From contig DATARS010000209.1 of the NCBI GenBank assembly GCA_036269455.1, positions 1 through 61,361 of the forward strand: a DNA stretch of 61,361 nt, in the 5' to 3' direction. Made by a program: the position numbers and the translations under genes. This document shows, in pieces, positions 16,584-24,367 of this stretch. The DNA is from Candidatus Dormiibacterota bacterium (lineage in GTDB: Bacteria > Chloroflexota > Dormibacteria > Aeolococcales > Aeolococcaceae). How positions within the stretch are numbered: the stretch's first letter is position 1; each line of letters begins with the position of its first letter. The notes beneath the pieces are model-generated. The model was given only the letters and a program-made list of their open reading frames with translations, made no database searches and was not told the origin of the DNA.

Positions 16584-18208
16584 CCCGCGGCATCCGCGTC
16601 GTCGGCGCCGGGGTCGAGGGGGAGGACGACCGCACCCTCCCGGAGCCGCGCACGCCCACCGGGGCGGTGCGCCGCCGCCGGGCCGCCCCCGCGGCCGAGG
16701 TGGTCGTCGAGGAGCCCGAGCCGCCCGCCGCCGTGGCTCCGGCGCCGCCCGCGCGGACACCCGAGAAGGCGTGGTCGGGACGCTTCGCCACGCGCACCGC
16801 GCGCCGGGTCGAGGAGTTCAGCTCGTCGATCGCCTTCGACCGCCGCCTCTACCCCGAGGACATCCTCGGCTCGCAGGCGCACGCCAGGATGCTCCGCACC
16901 ATCGGGCTGCTCACCCGTGAGGAGCAGAAGGCGATCGACGCCGGTCTGCGCGACATCAAGCGCGAGCTCGACAAGGGCGAGTTCCTCGTCGACGAGGGCG
17001 ACGAGGACATCCACATGGCGATCGAGCGCCGCCTCTTCGAGAAGATCGGCGACGTCGCCGGCAAGCTGCACACCGCGCGCAGCCGCAACGACCAGGTCGC
17101 CACCGACCTGCGCCTCTACGGTAAGCGGATCTGCCGCGAGCTCATGCTCGGCATCGCCTCGCTGCAGGAGGAGCTGGCGCGCCGCGCCCAGGAGCACCGG
17201 CTCACCGCGATGCCGGGGTACACCCACCTGCAGCGCGCCCAGGTGATCTCCCTCGCCCATCACCTGCTCGCCTACGTCGAGATGCTCCAGCGCGACATCG
17301 AGCGGCTCCAGGACTGCCACGACCGCTGCGACGTGCTCCCGCTCGGCAGCGGCGCGCTCGCGGCCACCACCCTGCCGATCAACCGGCGGGTGGTCGCCGA
17401 CCAGCTCGGCTTCGACCACGTCAGCGCCAACAGCCTCGACTCGGTGAGCGACCGCGACTTCGCCGTCGAGATCGTCGCCGCGTGCGCGCTGCTGATGGTC
17501 CACCTCTCCCGCTTCGCCGAGGAGCTGGTGCTCTGGACCTCCACCGAGTTCGGCTTTGCCGAGCTCCCTGACGCCTACGCCACCGGCTCGAGCCTGATGC
17601 CCCAGAAGAAGAACCCCGACGTGCTCGAGCTCATCCGCGGGCGCACCGGGCGGGTGAACGGGGCGCTGGTCTCGCTGCTCACCACCCTCAAGGGACTGCC
17701 GCTCGCCTACAACCGCGACCTCCAGGAGGACAAGGAGGCGATCTTCGACGCCGTCGACACCGCCCAGGCCGCGGTGGCCATGCTCGGCGATGTGGTCAGA
17801 GTCGTCCAGTTCGACACCGAGCGGATGGCCCAGGCGGCGTCCGACCCGCTGCTGATGGCGACCGACGTCGCCGAGTGGCTGGTGGTCCGCGGCGTGCCCT
17901 TCCGCGAGGCGCACCGGATCGTCGGCCGGGCGGTGCGCGTCGCCCAGCGCGCCGGCCGCACCCTCGCCGAGCTGAGCGACGCCGACTGGGCGTCGGTCGA
18001 CGAGCGCATCGGCCCCGAGGTCACCGAGCTCTTCGACACCGAGCGCAGCCTGCGCCGTCGCGAGGTGCCCGGCGGGCCGGGGCCGCGAATGGTCTCACGC
18101 CAGCTGGTCCGCGCCGCGGCGATGGTCGCCAAGACACGCAGGATGGTGCCGGTGCTCGCCAAGCAGACCCAGCGGGCCAAGGAGGTGGGCGCGGGGGTGC
18201 GCCGCTAG
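16580..18208 (+). CDS. argH: argininosuccinate lyase with a ~62-aa low-complexity N-terminal extension
   Basis: WSGRF, GSQAHARML, HTARSRNDQVATDLRLY, MPGYTHLQRAQ, GSGALA, GSSLMPQKKNPDVLELIRG, YNRDLQEDKE. ATGA overlap with argG. The conserved core starts near residue 63. Confidence 0.9.
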   Translation: MTRGIRVVGAGVEGEDDRTLPEPRTPTGAVRRRRAAPAAEVVVEEPEPPAAVAPAPPARTPEKAWSGRFATRTARRVEEFSSSIAFDRRLYPEDILGSQAHARMLRTIGLLTREEQKAIDAGLRDIKRELDKGEFLVDEGDEDIHMAIERRLFEKIGDVAGKLHTARSRNDQVATDLRLYGKRICRELMLGIASLQEELARRAQEHRLTAMPGYTHLQRAQVISLAHHLLAYVEMLQRDIERLQDCHDRCDVLPLGSGALAATTLPINRRVVADQLGFDHVSANSLDSVSDRDFAVEIVAACALLMVHLSRFAEELVLWTSTEFGFAELPDAYATGSSLMPQKKNPDVLELIRGRTGRVNGALVSLLTTLKGLPLAYNRDLQEDKEAIFDAVDTAQAAVAMLGDVVRVVQFDTERMAQAASDPLLMATDVAEWLVVRGVPFREAHRIVGRAVRVAQRAGRTLAELSDADWASVDERIGPEVTELFDTERSLRRREVPGGPGPRMVSRQLVRAAAMVAKTRRMVPVLAKQTQRAKEVGAGVRR

Positions 18209-18217
18209 CAGTCGGCC

Positions 18218-18826
18218 CTACGCCGGCGGCGGCGTCGACTGCGGCAGGCCCAGGTCCTTCTCGAGCGCGTTGGTGGCGTTGAGCTGGTCGTCCTGCGAGT
18301 TGACCAGCTGCTGCAGCAGCGGATCCAGCTGGTTGAACGCGGTCACCTGGGACGCCTGCACGAAGGTCGCCTGCTCGGTGCGCACGACGGTGGCCAGCGC
18401 GCTGGCGTCGTTCTGCATGCTGCCGGGGAAGGGCAGGGCGAGCAGGTTGCGCGCGTAGGCGGCGTAGATGTTGGCGGCCTCCGCCATCGCCTGCTTGTCG
18501 GCGCCCAGGTCGGTGTTCGACGTCTGTGCTTTGATCGTCGCCAGCGCCCGCGTGCCCGTGTTGCGCAGGAAGACGAACTGGCGCGCCAGGGTGAGGAAGT
18601 CGGTCGGCTTCTGCGGAGCGGCGCCCGCCACCGCGCCGTTCGCGTTCGTCCCGGGCACGGACTGCATCGGCGCCTGGACGGGGTTGCTGTTTCCGACCTG
18701 GGCGGCGGCGGCGCCCGGCTGGACCGGGACGTAGCCTGCGTCGGTGGACGCGCCACCGCAGGCGGCGAGCAGGCCGGTCAGCGCGAGGCCGGCGAGGGCG
18801 GCGCCGGCGAGACGGTGTGGGGTCAT
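18218..18826 (-). CDS. lipoprotein, unknown function
   Basis: MTPHRLAGAALAGLALTGLLAAC-GG is a signal peptide plus lipobox Cys. No family recognised. Confidence 0.6.
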   Translation of the reverse strand: MTPHRLAGAALAGLALTGLLAACGGASTDAGYVPVQPGAAAAQVGNSNPVQAPMQSVPGTNANGAVAGAAPQKPTDFLTLARQFVFLRNTGTRALATIKAQTSNTDLGADKQAMAEAANIYAAYARNLLALPFPGSMQNDASALATVVRTEQATFVQASQVTAFNQLDPLLQQLVNSQDDQLNATNALEKDLGLPQSTPPPA

Positions 18827-18940
18827 GGGGGTCGCCTGTGAGGGGGTGGCGGAGGATGACGGCGTGTGGGCTGCCGTCACCCCCCGCCGCGGTCACGTTC
18901 ACGCCCGCGTCTGGAAGACGGACGTGTGCGGAGGGTCTGA

Positions 18941-18960
18941 TGCGGCCCGGCCGGGCCGCA
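18941..18960 (-). terminator. GC-rich hairpin downstream of the Gly-rich protein gene
   Basis: Perfect 20-nt palindrome tgcggcccggccgggccgca, 16 nt after the TAG at 18976-18978. No U-tract. Confidence 0.4.
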
Positions 18961-18975
18961 CCGCTTCAGTCGCTG

Positions 18976-19311
18976 CTACAGGCCGCCGAGCAGCCCACCG
19001 AGGATGTCGCCGACGCCGCCGACAACGTCCTCGAGCCCGTGGCCGAGACCGATGTCGCCACGGCCGCCGAAGCCACCGCCGCCGAAGTCACCGCCGCCAC
19101 CACCACCGTGCCGGTGCGAGTGGGAGACGGTCACGCAGTGGACGTTGTTGTTGTTCCCCACCACGTTGCAGTTGCCCTTCACCTTCACGGTCTTGGTCGA
19201 GTTGTGGTTGCCGTGACTCGACGCGAAGGCCGTGGTGGAGGTCACCGCCATCGCCCCGGTGGCCGTGCACGCAACCACCGCAAGGACAAGCGAGGACGAA
19301 CGCAGACGCAT
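18976..19311 (-). CDS. small secreted Asn/His/Gly-rich protein (111 aa precursor)
   Basis: Signal peptide MRLRSSSLVLAVVACTATGAMAVTSTTAFA. Mature part is SSHGNHNSTKTVKVKGNCNVVGNNNNVHCVTVSHSHRHGGGGGGDFGGGGFGGRGDIGLGHGLEDVVGGVGDILGGLLGGL. SD-like GGAAGGG lies 9 nt before ATG 19311. Locally lower GC. Confidence 0.6.
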   Translation of the reverse strand: MRLRSSSLVLAVVACTATGAMAVTSTTAFASSHGNHNSTKTVKVKGNCNVVGNNNNVHCVTVSHSHRHGGGGGGDFGGGGFGGRGDIGLGHGLEDVVGGVGDILGGLLGGL

Positions 19312-19358
19312 GATTGGCATCCCTTCCTGAGCCCGCCACAAGCTGATGAATTGATTCC

Positions 19359-19386
19359 AACATACACCGCGCGCGGCCCCAGTCAA
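19359..19386 (-). promoter_or_regulatory. candidate promoter (TTGACT-16 nt-TATGTT) of the Gly-rich protein gene
   Basis: Read on the minus strand: TTGACTggggccgcgcgcggtgTATGTT, about 45 nt upstream of ATG 19311. Confidence 0.45.
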
Positions 19387-19400
19387 CCTCGTTAACTCAC

Positions 19401-19470
19401 CAATTTCGACGCGTTTAGAACGATTGGGCCGGTTCGCTCCAATCTCGTTCCGACGCGTTAGAGACAATGA
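19401..19470. repeat. two imperfect ~28-nt direct repeats with core CGACGCGTT(T)AGA
   Basis: caatttcgacgcgtttagaacgattgg (19401-19427) versus caatctcgttccgacgcgttagagacaatga (19440-19470). Each contains the ACGCGT palindrome. Both lie just upstream of the -35 of the Gly-rich protein gene. Confidence 0.4.
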
Positions 19471-19512
19471 CCGCGGTAAACCGAATGGGTGCGTTTCGCG
19501 CGTTCAGCGCGT

Positions 19513-20004
19513 TCAGTCGGACTCCATACGGGTTTCCGGAAGCGCGCCTCCGGCCTCGGCGGGGACCCCGGCGTCGTGGGCCAGCTCCTCTCCCATCGCC
19601 GTCGCCCGGGACTCGGCGCGCACGCACACGGTGCCGCCGCAGCGCACCTCCGCCATGAGCCAGAGCTGGCGGCGGTGACCGCCGATGAGCCGGGCGGTGA
19701 CGGTGAGCTCCTCGTCCACCGGCACCGGCGCGAGGTAGCTGAGCCGGGTCTCCGCGGTGAGCGCGAAGCGGTGTGCCTCGGCGATCGCCGCCCAGGCCAT
19801 GGCGTCGTCGCAGAGGGCGGCGAGCAGCCCGCCGTGCACCAGGTTGGGAGCGCCGGAATGGTGGGCGTCGAGGCGCAGCGTGGCGGTGACGGTGTGGTCC
19901 ACGTCGTCGTGATGGAAGGGCACGCGCAGCCCCGCCGGGTTGGTCGGCTCGCACACCCAGCAGTTCGACTCGAAGCCGAAGGTGTTGCTCAGGAGCCGGC
20001 GCAC
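19513..20004 (-). CDS. PaaI-type hotdog-fold thioesterase
   Basis: NLVHGGLLAALCDDAMAWAA, then the long central-helix/strand pattern. 163 aa. Confidence 0.75.
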   Translation of the reverse strand: MRRLLSNTFGFESNCWVCEPTNPAGLRVPFHHDDVDHTVTATLRLDAHHSGAPNLVHGGLLAALCDDAMAWAAIAEAHRFALTAETRLSYLAPVPVDEELTVTARLIGGHRRQLWLMAEVRCGGTVCVRAESRATAMGEELAHDAGVPAEAGGALPETRMESD

Positions 20005-20780
20005 GCCCGGCCCTCCTCGATCGCCGGGAGCAGCGCCACGGTGGCCTCGACCGGCCCGGCGCCGCCGCCGTCGCGGTTCCAGTAGCGGCTGAAGCAGCCG
20101 TCGTAGCTCCAGATCCGCCCGCCGTGCGAGGCCACCGGCCGGTCGCCGCGGTGGGGGGTGTGGCCGTGCACCAGGCGGCGGGCGCCGAAGCGCGCAAGGT
20201 GGCGGTCGAGGCGCTCGGGGTCGTCGTCGAAGGCGCGGCGCCCGACCGTGTGCCAGAACACCTTCCAGGCGCCACCCGGCTCGCGGAGCAGCTCGCGGGC
20301 GCGCGCGTTGACGCTGTCGACGTCGTCGCCGAGGCGCGCGTAGGCATCGTCGTCGGAGTGCTGCGCCAGGGTGCCGTCCTCGCGGAGGACCATCAGCGGC
20401 AGGCCGCGCAGCCAGGCCTCCATGCCGGGGTCGTCGGCGACGGCGCGGAGGTCGGCCCAGTCGCCACGGCGCCAGAGCCAGACCTCGGCGAGGGTGCGCC
20501 GGTCGCCGTTGCGGACCGCCTCGGGGGTGTTGCCGAAGCGCACCTCCTCGAGCACGCAGAGCAGCAGCAGGTCGTGGTTGCCGAGGATGCTCCGGCTGTT
20601 GCGCCGCTCGCGGGCGATGCGCGCCGCCGCCGCGCCCCCGGCGGCGCCGGGTGGCCCGCCCTGGAAGAAGTCGCCGAGGAAGAGGGTGTCGACCTCGTCC
20701 TCGGGGTGGGCGGCGAGCGCCTCGCGCAGCCGCTCGGAGTCGCCCTGCACGTCCCCCACCACGAGCAGCGGCCTGGGCAT
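19989..20780 (-). CDS. calcineurin-like metallophosphoesterase (ApaH/PrpE-like) with substituted motifs I and II
   Basis: LLVVGDVQGD (the GDxHG position has Q). LFLGDFFQGGP (the GDxxDRG position lacks D-R). ILGNHD and LVHGHTP are intact. Start at MPRPLLVVGD (ATG 20780). Confidence 0.72.
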   Translation of the reverse strand: MPRPLLVVGDVQGDSERLREALAAHPEDEVDTLFLGDFFQGGPPGAAGGAAAARIARERRNSRSILGNHDLLLLCVLEEVRFGNTPEAVRNGDRRTLAEVWLWRRGDWADLRAVADDPGMEAWLRGLPLMVLREDGTLAQHSDDDAYARLGDDVDSVNARARELLREPGGAWKVFWHTVGRRAFDDDPERLDRHLARFGARRLVHGHTPHRGDRPVASHGGRIWSYDGCFSRYWNRDGGGAGPVEATVALLPAIEEGRACAGS

Positions 20781-20782
20781 CC

Positions 20783-21160
20783 TCAGTTCGACGCCGCCGT
20801 GTCGCCGTACCCGCCGCCGTGGAGGTGCGCGGTGCCCTCCTCGATGGTGAAGCGCTGCCCGCACACCGGGCACTCGACCAGGGTCGCGAGGGGATCGTCC
20901 TCGGGGGGCAGCATGGCGGTGGCGCAGGCGGGGCAGGTCAGCGTCGCCGGCGCCGGGTCGTCCTCGTGGTCGCGCATCGCCCGCGCCGCCGCGGCGAGGT
21001 CGATGGCGACCCCGCCGCAGACGGTGCAGACGTAGGTGGCGCGGCGGTCGTCGTGGCGGAGGTAGGCGCCGTCTCGGCCGACGATCAGGGGCGCGTTGAG
21101 CGCCTCGAAACGGCCCTCGCCGCACTGGGCGGGGCACCAGAGGTCGCGTCGGGCTGGCAT
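20783..21160 (-). CDS. double zinc-ribbon protein (125 aa)
   Basis: Four Cys pairs: CPAQC, CTVC, CPAC, CPVC. High GC3. The stop lies 2 nt before the phosphoesterase start. Confidence 0.55.
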   Translation of the reverse strand: MPARRDLWCPAQCGEGRFEALNAPLIVGRDGAYLRHDDRRATYVCTVCGGVAIDLAAAARAMRDHEDDPAPATLTCPACATAMLPPEDDPLATLVECPVCGQRFTIEEGTAHLHGGGYGDTAASN

Positions 21161-21188
21161 GGCTCCATGGTGGCAGGCGGGGGGACGA

Positions 21189-22187
21189 TCAGGCCCGGGC
21201 CAGGGAGAGCTCGGCCACCCGGGCGTGGTGGCGGGCGGCGTCGCCGAGGAGCACCCGGTCGACCTTGGCGCGGCGCCAGAGGAGCTGGGCGTCGTGCTCC
21301 CAGGTGAAGCCGATGCCGCCGTGGACCTGGATGCAGCTCGAGGCGCAGAGCTCGACCGCGCCCGCCGAGTAGGCCTTGGCGGCGGCGGCGGCGAGGGGCC
21401 GCTGCCCGGCGTCGTGGTCGGCGCACCAGGCCGCGTACCAGACCAGCGAGCGCAGCTGCTCGACCTGGGCGAACATGTCGACGCACATGTGCTTGATCGC
21501 CTGGAAGCTGCCGATCGGCCGTCCGAAGGCGACCCGCTGCTTGGCGTACTCGACCGCCATCTCCAGGCAGCGCGCGGCGGTGCCAAGGTCCTCGGCGGCC
21601 AGCACCACCTCGGCGACGTTGCGGGCGCGGGCGACCTCCTCGGGTGCGACGCTCCCCAGCGGCTTGCCGCGGGGCACGCGCACCCGGGCGAGACCCCGGG
21701 TGGGATCCATCTGAGCCTGCTCGGTGATCTCGGCGGCGTCGCGGCGGGCCGCCACCAGGCCGCTCTCCCCGATCGCGAGGAAGGCGGTGGCGCCGGCGGC
21801 GGCGATCACCGGGGCGCCGTCCTGCTCGACCACGGCCATCCGGTGCTGGCCCGAGGCGATCTCGCGCAGCGCCGCCGCCGCTTCCTCGCTGTCGAGGGAG
21901 CGGAGCAGCGACGCCGCCCAGGCGCCGGAGACCAGCGGCGCGGTGGAAAGGGTGCGACCGGCCTCCTCGGCGACGACCGCGAGGTCGAGCACCTCCAGGC
22001 CGCTGCCGCCGTGCCTCTCGTCGACGAGGACGCCGAGGAAGCCGACCGCCGCGAGCTCGTCGACGATGTCGGGGGCGGGGGCGCCGTCGAGCATGGCGCG
22101 CATCGCCGCGGTGCCGGCGTGCGCCTCGAACCACTCCCGGGCGGTGCGCTGGAGGAGCTGCTGCTGCTCGTCGAGGGCGAAGTTCAT
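21189..22187 (-). CDS. acyl-CoA dehydrogenase family protein, short (332 aa) subunit
   Basis: ARCLEMAVEYAKQRVAFGRPIGSFQAIKHMCVDM, VHGGIGFTWEHDAQLLWRRAK. ATGA overlap with the upstream ACAD gene. Confidence 0.8.
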   Translation of the reverse strand: MNFALDEQQQLLQRTAREWFEAHAGTAAMRAMLDGAPAPDIVDELAAVGFLGVLVDERHGGSGLEVLDLAVVAEEAGRTLSTAPLVSGAWAASLLRSLDSEEAAAALREIASGQHRMAVVEQDGAPVIAAAGATAFLAIGESGLVAARRDAAEITEQAQMDPTRGLARVRVPRGKPLGSVAPEEVARARNVAEVVLAAEDLGTAARCLEMAVEYAKQRVAFGRPIGSFQAIKHMCVDMFAQVEQLRSLVWYAAWCADHDAGQRPLAAAAAKAYSAGAVELCASSCIQVHGGIGFTWEHDAQLLWRRAKVDRVLLGDAARHHARVAELSLARA

Positions 22188-23404
22188 GCCCGCACCCCGC
22201 CCGCCGCGGCCGCCGGAACCCCCTTGTCGGGGCGCGGCTCGCCGGGCAGCCCCAGGACCCGCTCGCCGACGACGTTGCGGAGGATCTCGTTGGTGCCGCC
22301 GGCGATCGCCAGCCCGGGGAACATCGTCATCGAGTACTGCCAGCGGTCGTCGCCGGAGGAGTCGGCGGCGAAGGCGGCGTCGTCGCCGAGCAGGCGCACG
22401 CCGATCTCGGCGCTCAGCTGTCCCAGCGCGACCAGCGAGAGCTTGCCGACCGACGCCTCGGGTCCGGGCATCCGTCCCTGGCTCAGCGCGGTGAGGCGGC
22501 GGTAGCCGGTGTAGCGCTGGGCCATCGCCAGCACCACGGCGCGTCCCAGCTGCTCGCGCACCAGCGCCTGCTGGTCGGCGGGGAGATCGGGCAGCCGGCG
22601 CGCCGCGAAGCGGGTGAGGGTCTCGATGCTCGAGCCCATGTCGGCGCCGCCGCCGCCGATGGCGAGGCGCTCGTTCATCAGGGTGGTGATCGCCACCCGC
22701 CAACCGCCGTCGACCTCGCCGCAGAGGTTCTCGGCGGGAACCAGGGCGTCGTCGAAGAAGACCTCGTTGAAGTGGGCCTCGCCGGTCATCTGGCGGAGCG
22801 GCCGCACCGTCACCCCGGGCTGCTCCATGTCGATGAGGAACATCGTCAGCCCGGCGTGCTTCGCCAGCGAGGGGTCGGTGCGGGCGATGAGCAGGCCGAA
22901 CTTCGAGTACTGGGCGGCGCTGGTCCAGACCTTCTGGCCGCGGATGCGCCAGCCGTCGCCGTCGCGGATCGCGCGGGTCTGCAGCCCGGCGAGGTCGCTG
23001 CCGGCGGCGGGCTCGCTGAAGAGCTGGCACCAGATCTCGTCGCCGCGGAGCAGCGGCCGCAGGTAGCGCTGCTTCTGCTCCTCGGTGCCGTGGGCGAGGA
23101 TCGTCGGGCCGCACATCCCCAGGCCGATGCCGTTGACCAGCGGGGCGCTGCCGGCGCGGGAGAGCTCCTGGTTGACGATCACCTGCTGCATCGGGGTGCC
23201 GCCCTGGCCGCCGTACTCCGCCGGCCAGGTGATGCCGACGTAGCCGGCGTCGTACAGGGTCGCCTGCCAGCGCTGCCGGGGGGCCGCCCCCGCGGCGTCG
23301 GTGTGGCGGTCGCGGCCGCGCACCACGTCGTCCACGCTCTCCTCGAGGAACCGCCGCACCCGGCCGCGCCAGGCGGCCTCCTCTGCGGTGTCGTCGAAGT
23401 CCAT
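22184..23404 (-). CDS. acyl-CoA dehydrogenase
   Basis: GITWPAEYGGQG, GMCGPTILAHGTEEQKQRYLRPLLRGDEIWCQLFSEPAAGSDLAGLQTRA, GQKVWTS, GGTNEILRNVVGERVLGLP. Confidence 0.88.
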   Translation of the reverse strand: MDFDDTAEEAAWRGRVRRFLEESVDDVVRGRDRHTDAAGAAPRQRWQATLYDAGYVGITWPAEYGGQGGTPMQQVIVNQELSRAGSAPLVNGIGLGMCGPTILAHGTEEQKQRYLRPLLRGDEIWCQLFSEPAAGSDLAGLQTRAIRDGDGWRIRGQKVWTSAAQYSKFGLLIARTDPSLAKHAGLTMFLIDMEQPGVTVRPLRQMTGEAHFNEVFFDDALVPAENLCGEVDGGWRVAITTLMNERLAIGGGGADMGSSIETLTRFAARRLPDLPADQQALVREQLGRAVVLAMAQRYTGYRRLTALSQGRMPGPEASVGKLSLVALGQLSAEIGVRLLGDDAAFAADSSGDDRWQYSMTMFPGLAIAGGTNEILRNVVGERVLGLPGEPRPDKGVPAAAAGGVRA

Positions 23405-23479
23405 CGTCCTCCTCCCGTAACCCGACCGATCCTCTCACAGCGGCGGTCGACGGCGGCCGCGGCGCCGGCCGAGCCGGCC

Positions 23480-24322
23480 TCAGGGGAGGTGGAAGGAGAG
23501 GCCGATCGTCCCCGGGCCGGCGTGGCAGCCGACGATGGGGCCGATCTCGATGATCTCGGGCTCGGACTCGCAGTGCTCGCGGATCCGGTCGGCGAGGCCG
23601 CGGCAGTCGGCGAGCCGGTCGGCGTGGCCGAGCACGACACGGGCGCGGCGGCCGGTCTCACCGGTGGCGGCGCTCACCTCGGACGCGATGCGGTCGAGGG
23701 CGCGCTGGAAGGTCCGCGCCCTGTCGTGCGCCTCGATCCGGCCGTCGATCACCTCGAGCACCGGCTTGATGTTCAGCACCGAGCCGAGCAGGGCGCGGGC
23801 GCCGCCGATCCGGCCGCCGCGGCGGAGGTACTCGAGGGTGTCGACGGTGAAGAGGCTGCGCTGCCGGGCGATGATCCCGCGCAGGACCTCGACGATCTCC
23901 TCGGCCCCGCGCCCCTGGGCCGCGGCCTCGGTCGCGGCGCGGACCAGGGCGTTGTGGCCGATCCCCACGGTGCGGGTGTCGACCACGTGGACGTCGAGCT
24001 CGGGGACGGCGGCGCGCGCCTGCATCGCGGCGCCGTTGGTGCCGCTCATCTCCGCGGAGAGGGTGGTGCAGACCACGCTGCTGCCGTCCGCGGCGGCCTC
24101 GCGGAACGCGGCCTCGAACTCGGCGGGGGTCGGCTGGCTGGTGGTGGGGTTGCGGGTGCTGCTGCGCATCCGCGCATAGAAGCGCTCGGCGTCGATGTCG
24201 ACGCCGTCGATGAGCTCCTCGTCGCCGAAGATCACCTTGAGGGGGACGACGATCACTCTGCCGGCGTCGCGATCTGCGGCGGAGAGGTCGGCGGTGCTGT
24301 CGCAGATCAGCCGTACGGGCAT
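23480..24322 (-). CDS. DegV family fatty-acid-binding protein
   Basis: ICDSTADL, PLKVIFGDEELIDGVDI, TSQPTPAEF, LSAEMSGT, VVDTRTV, FTVDTLEYLRRGGRIG, LNIKPVL, GCHAGPG. Confidence 0.88.
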   Translation of the reverse strand: MPVRLICDSTADLSAADRDAGRVIVVPLKVIFGDEELIDGVDIDAERFYARMRSSTRNPTTSQPTPAEFEAAFREAAADGSSVVCTTLSAEMSGTNGAAMQARAAVPELDVHVVDTRTVGIGHNALVRAATEAAAQGRGAEEIVEVLRGIIARQRSLFTVDTLEYLRRGGRIGGARALLGSVLNIKPVLEVIDGRIEAHDRARTFQRALDRIASEVSAATGETGRRARVVLGHADRLADCRGLADRIREHCESEPEIIEIGPIVGCHAGPGTIGLSFHLP

Positions 24323-24367
24323 GGGCTGGAGGGTAGGTGGCCGCCGAGCGCAGCGTCAACCGGCACA

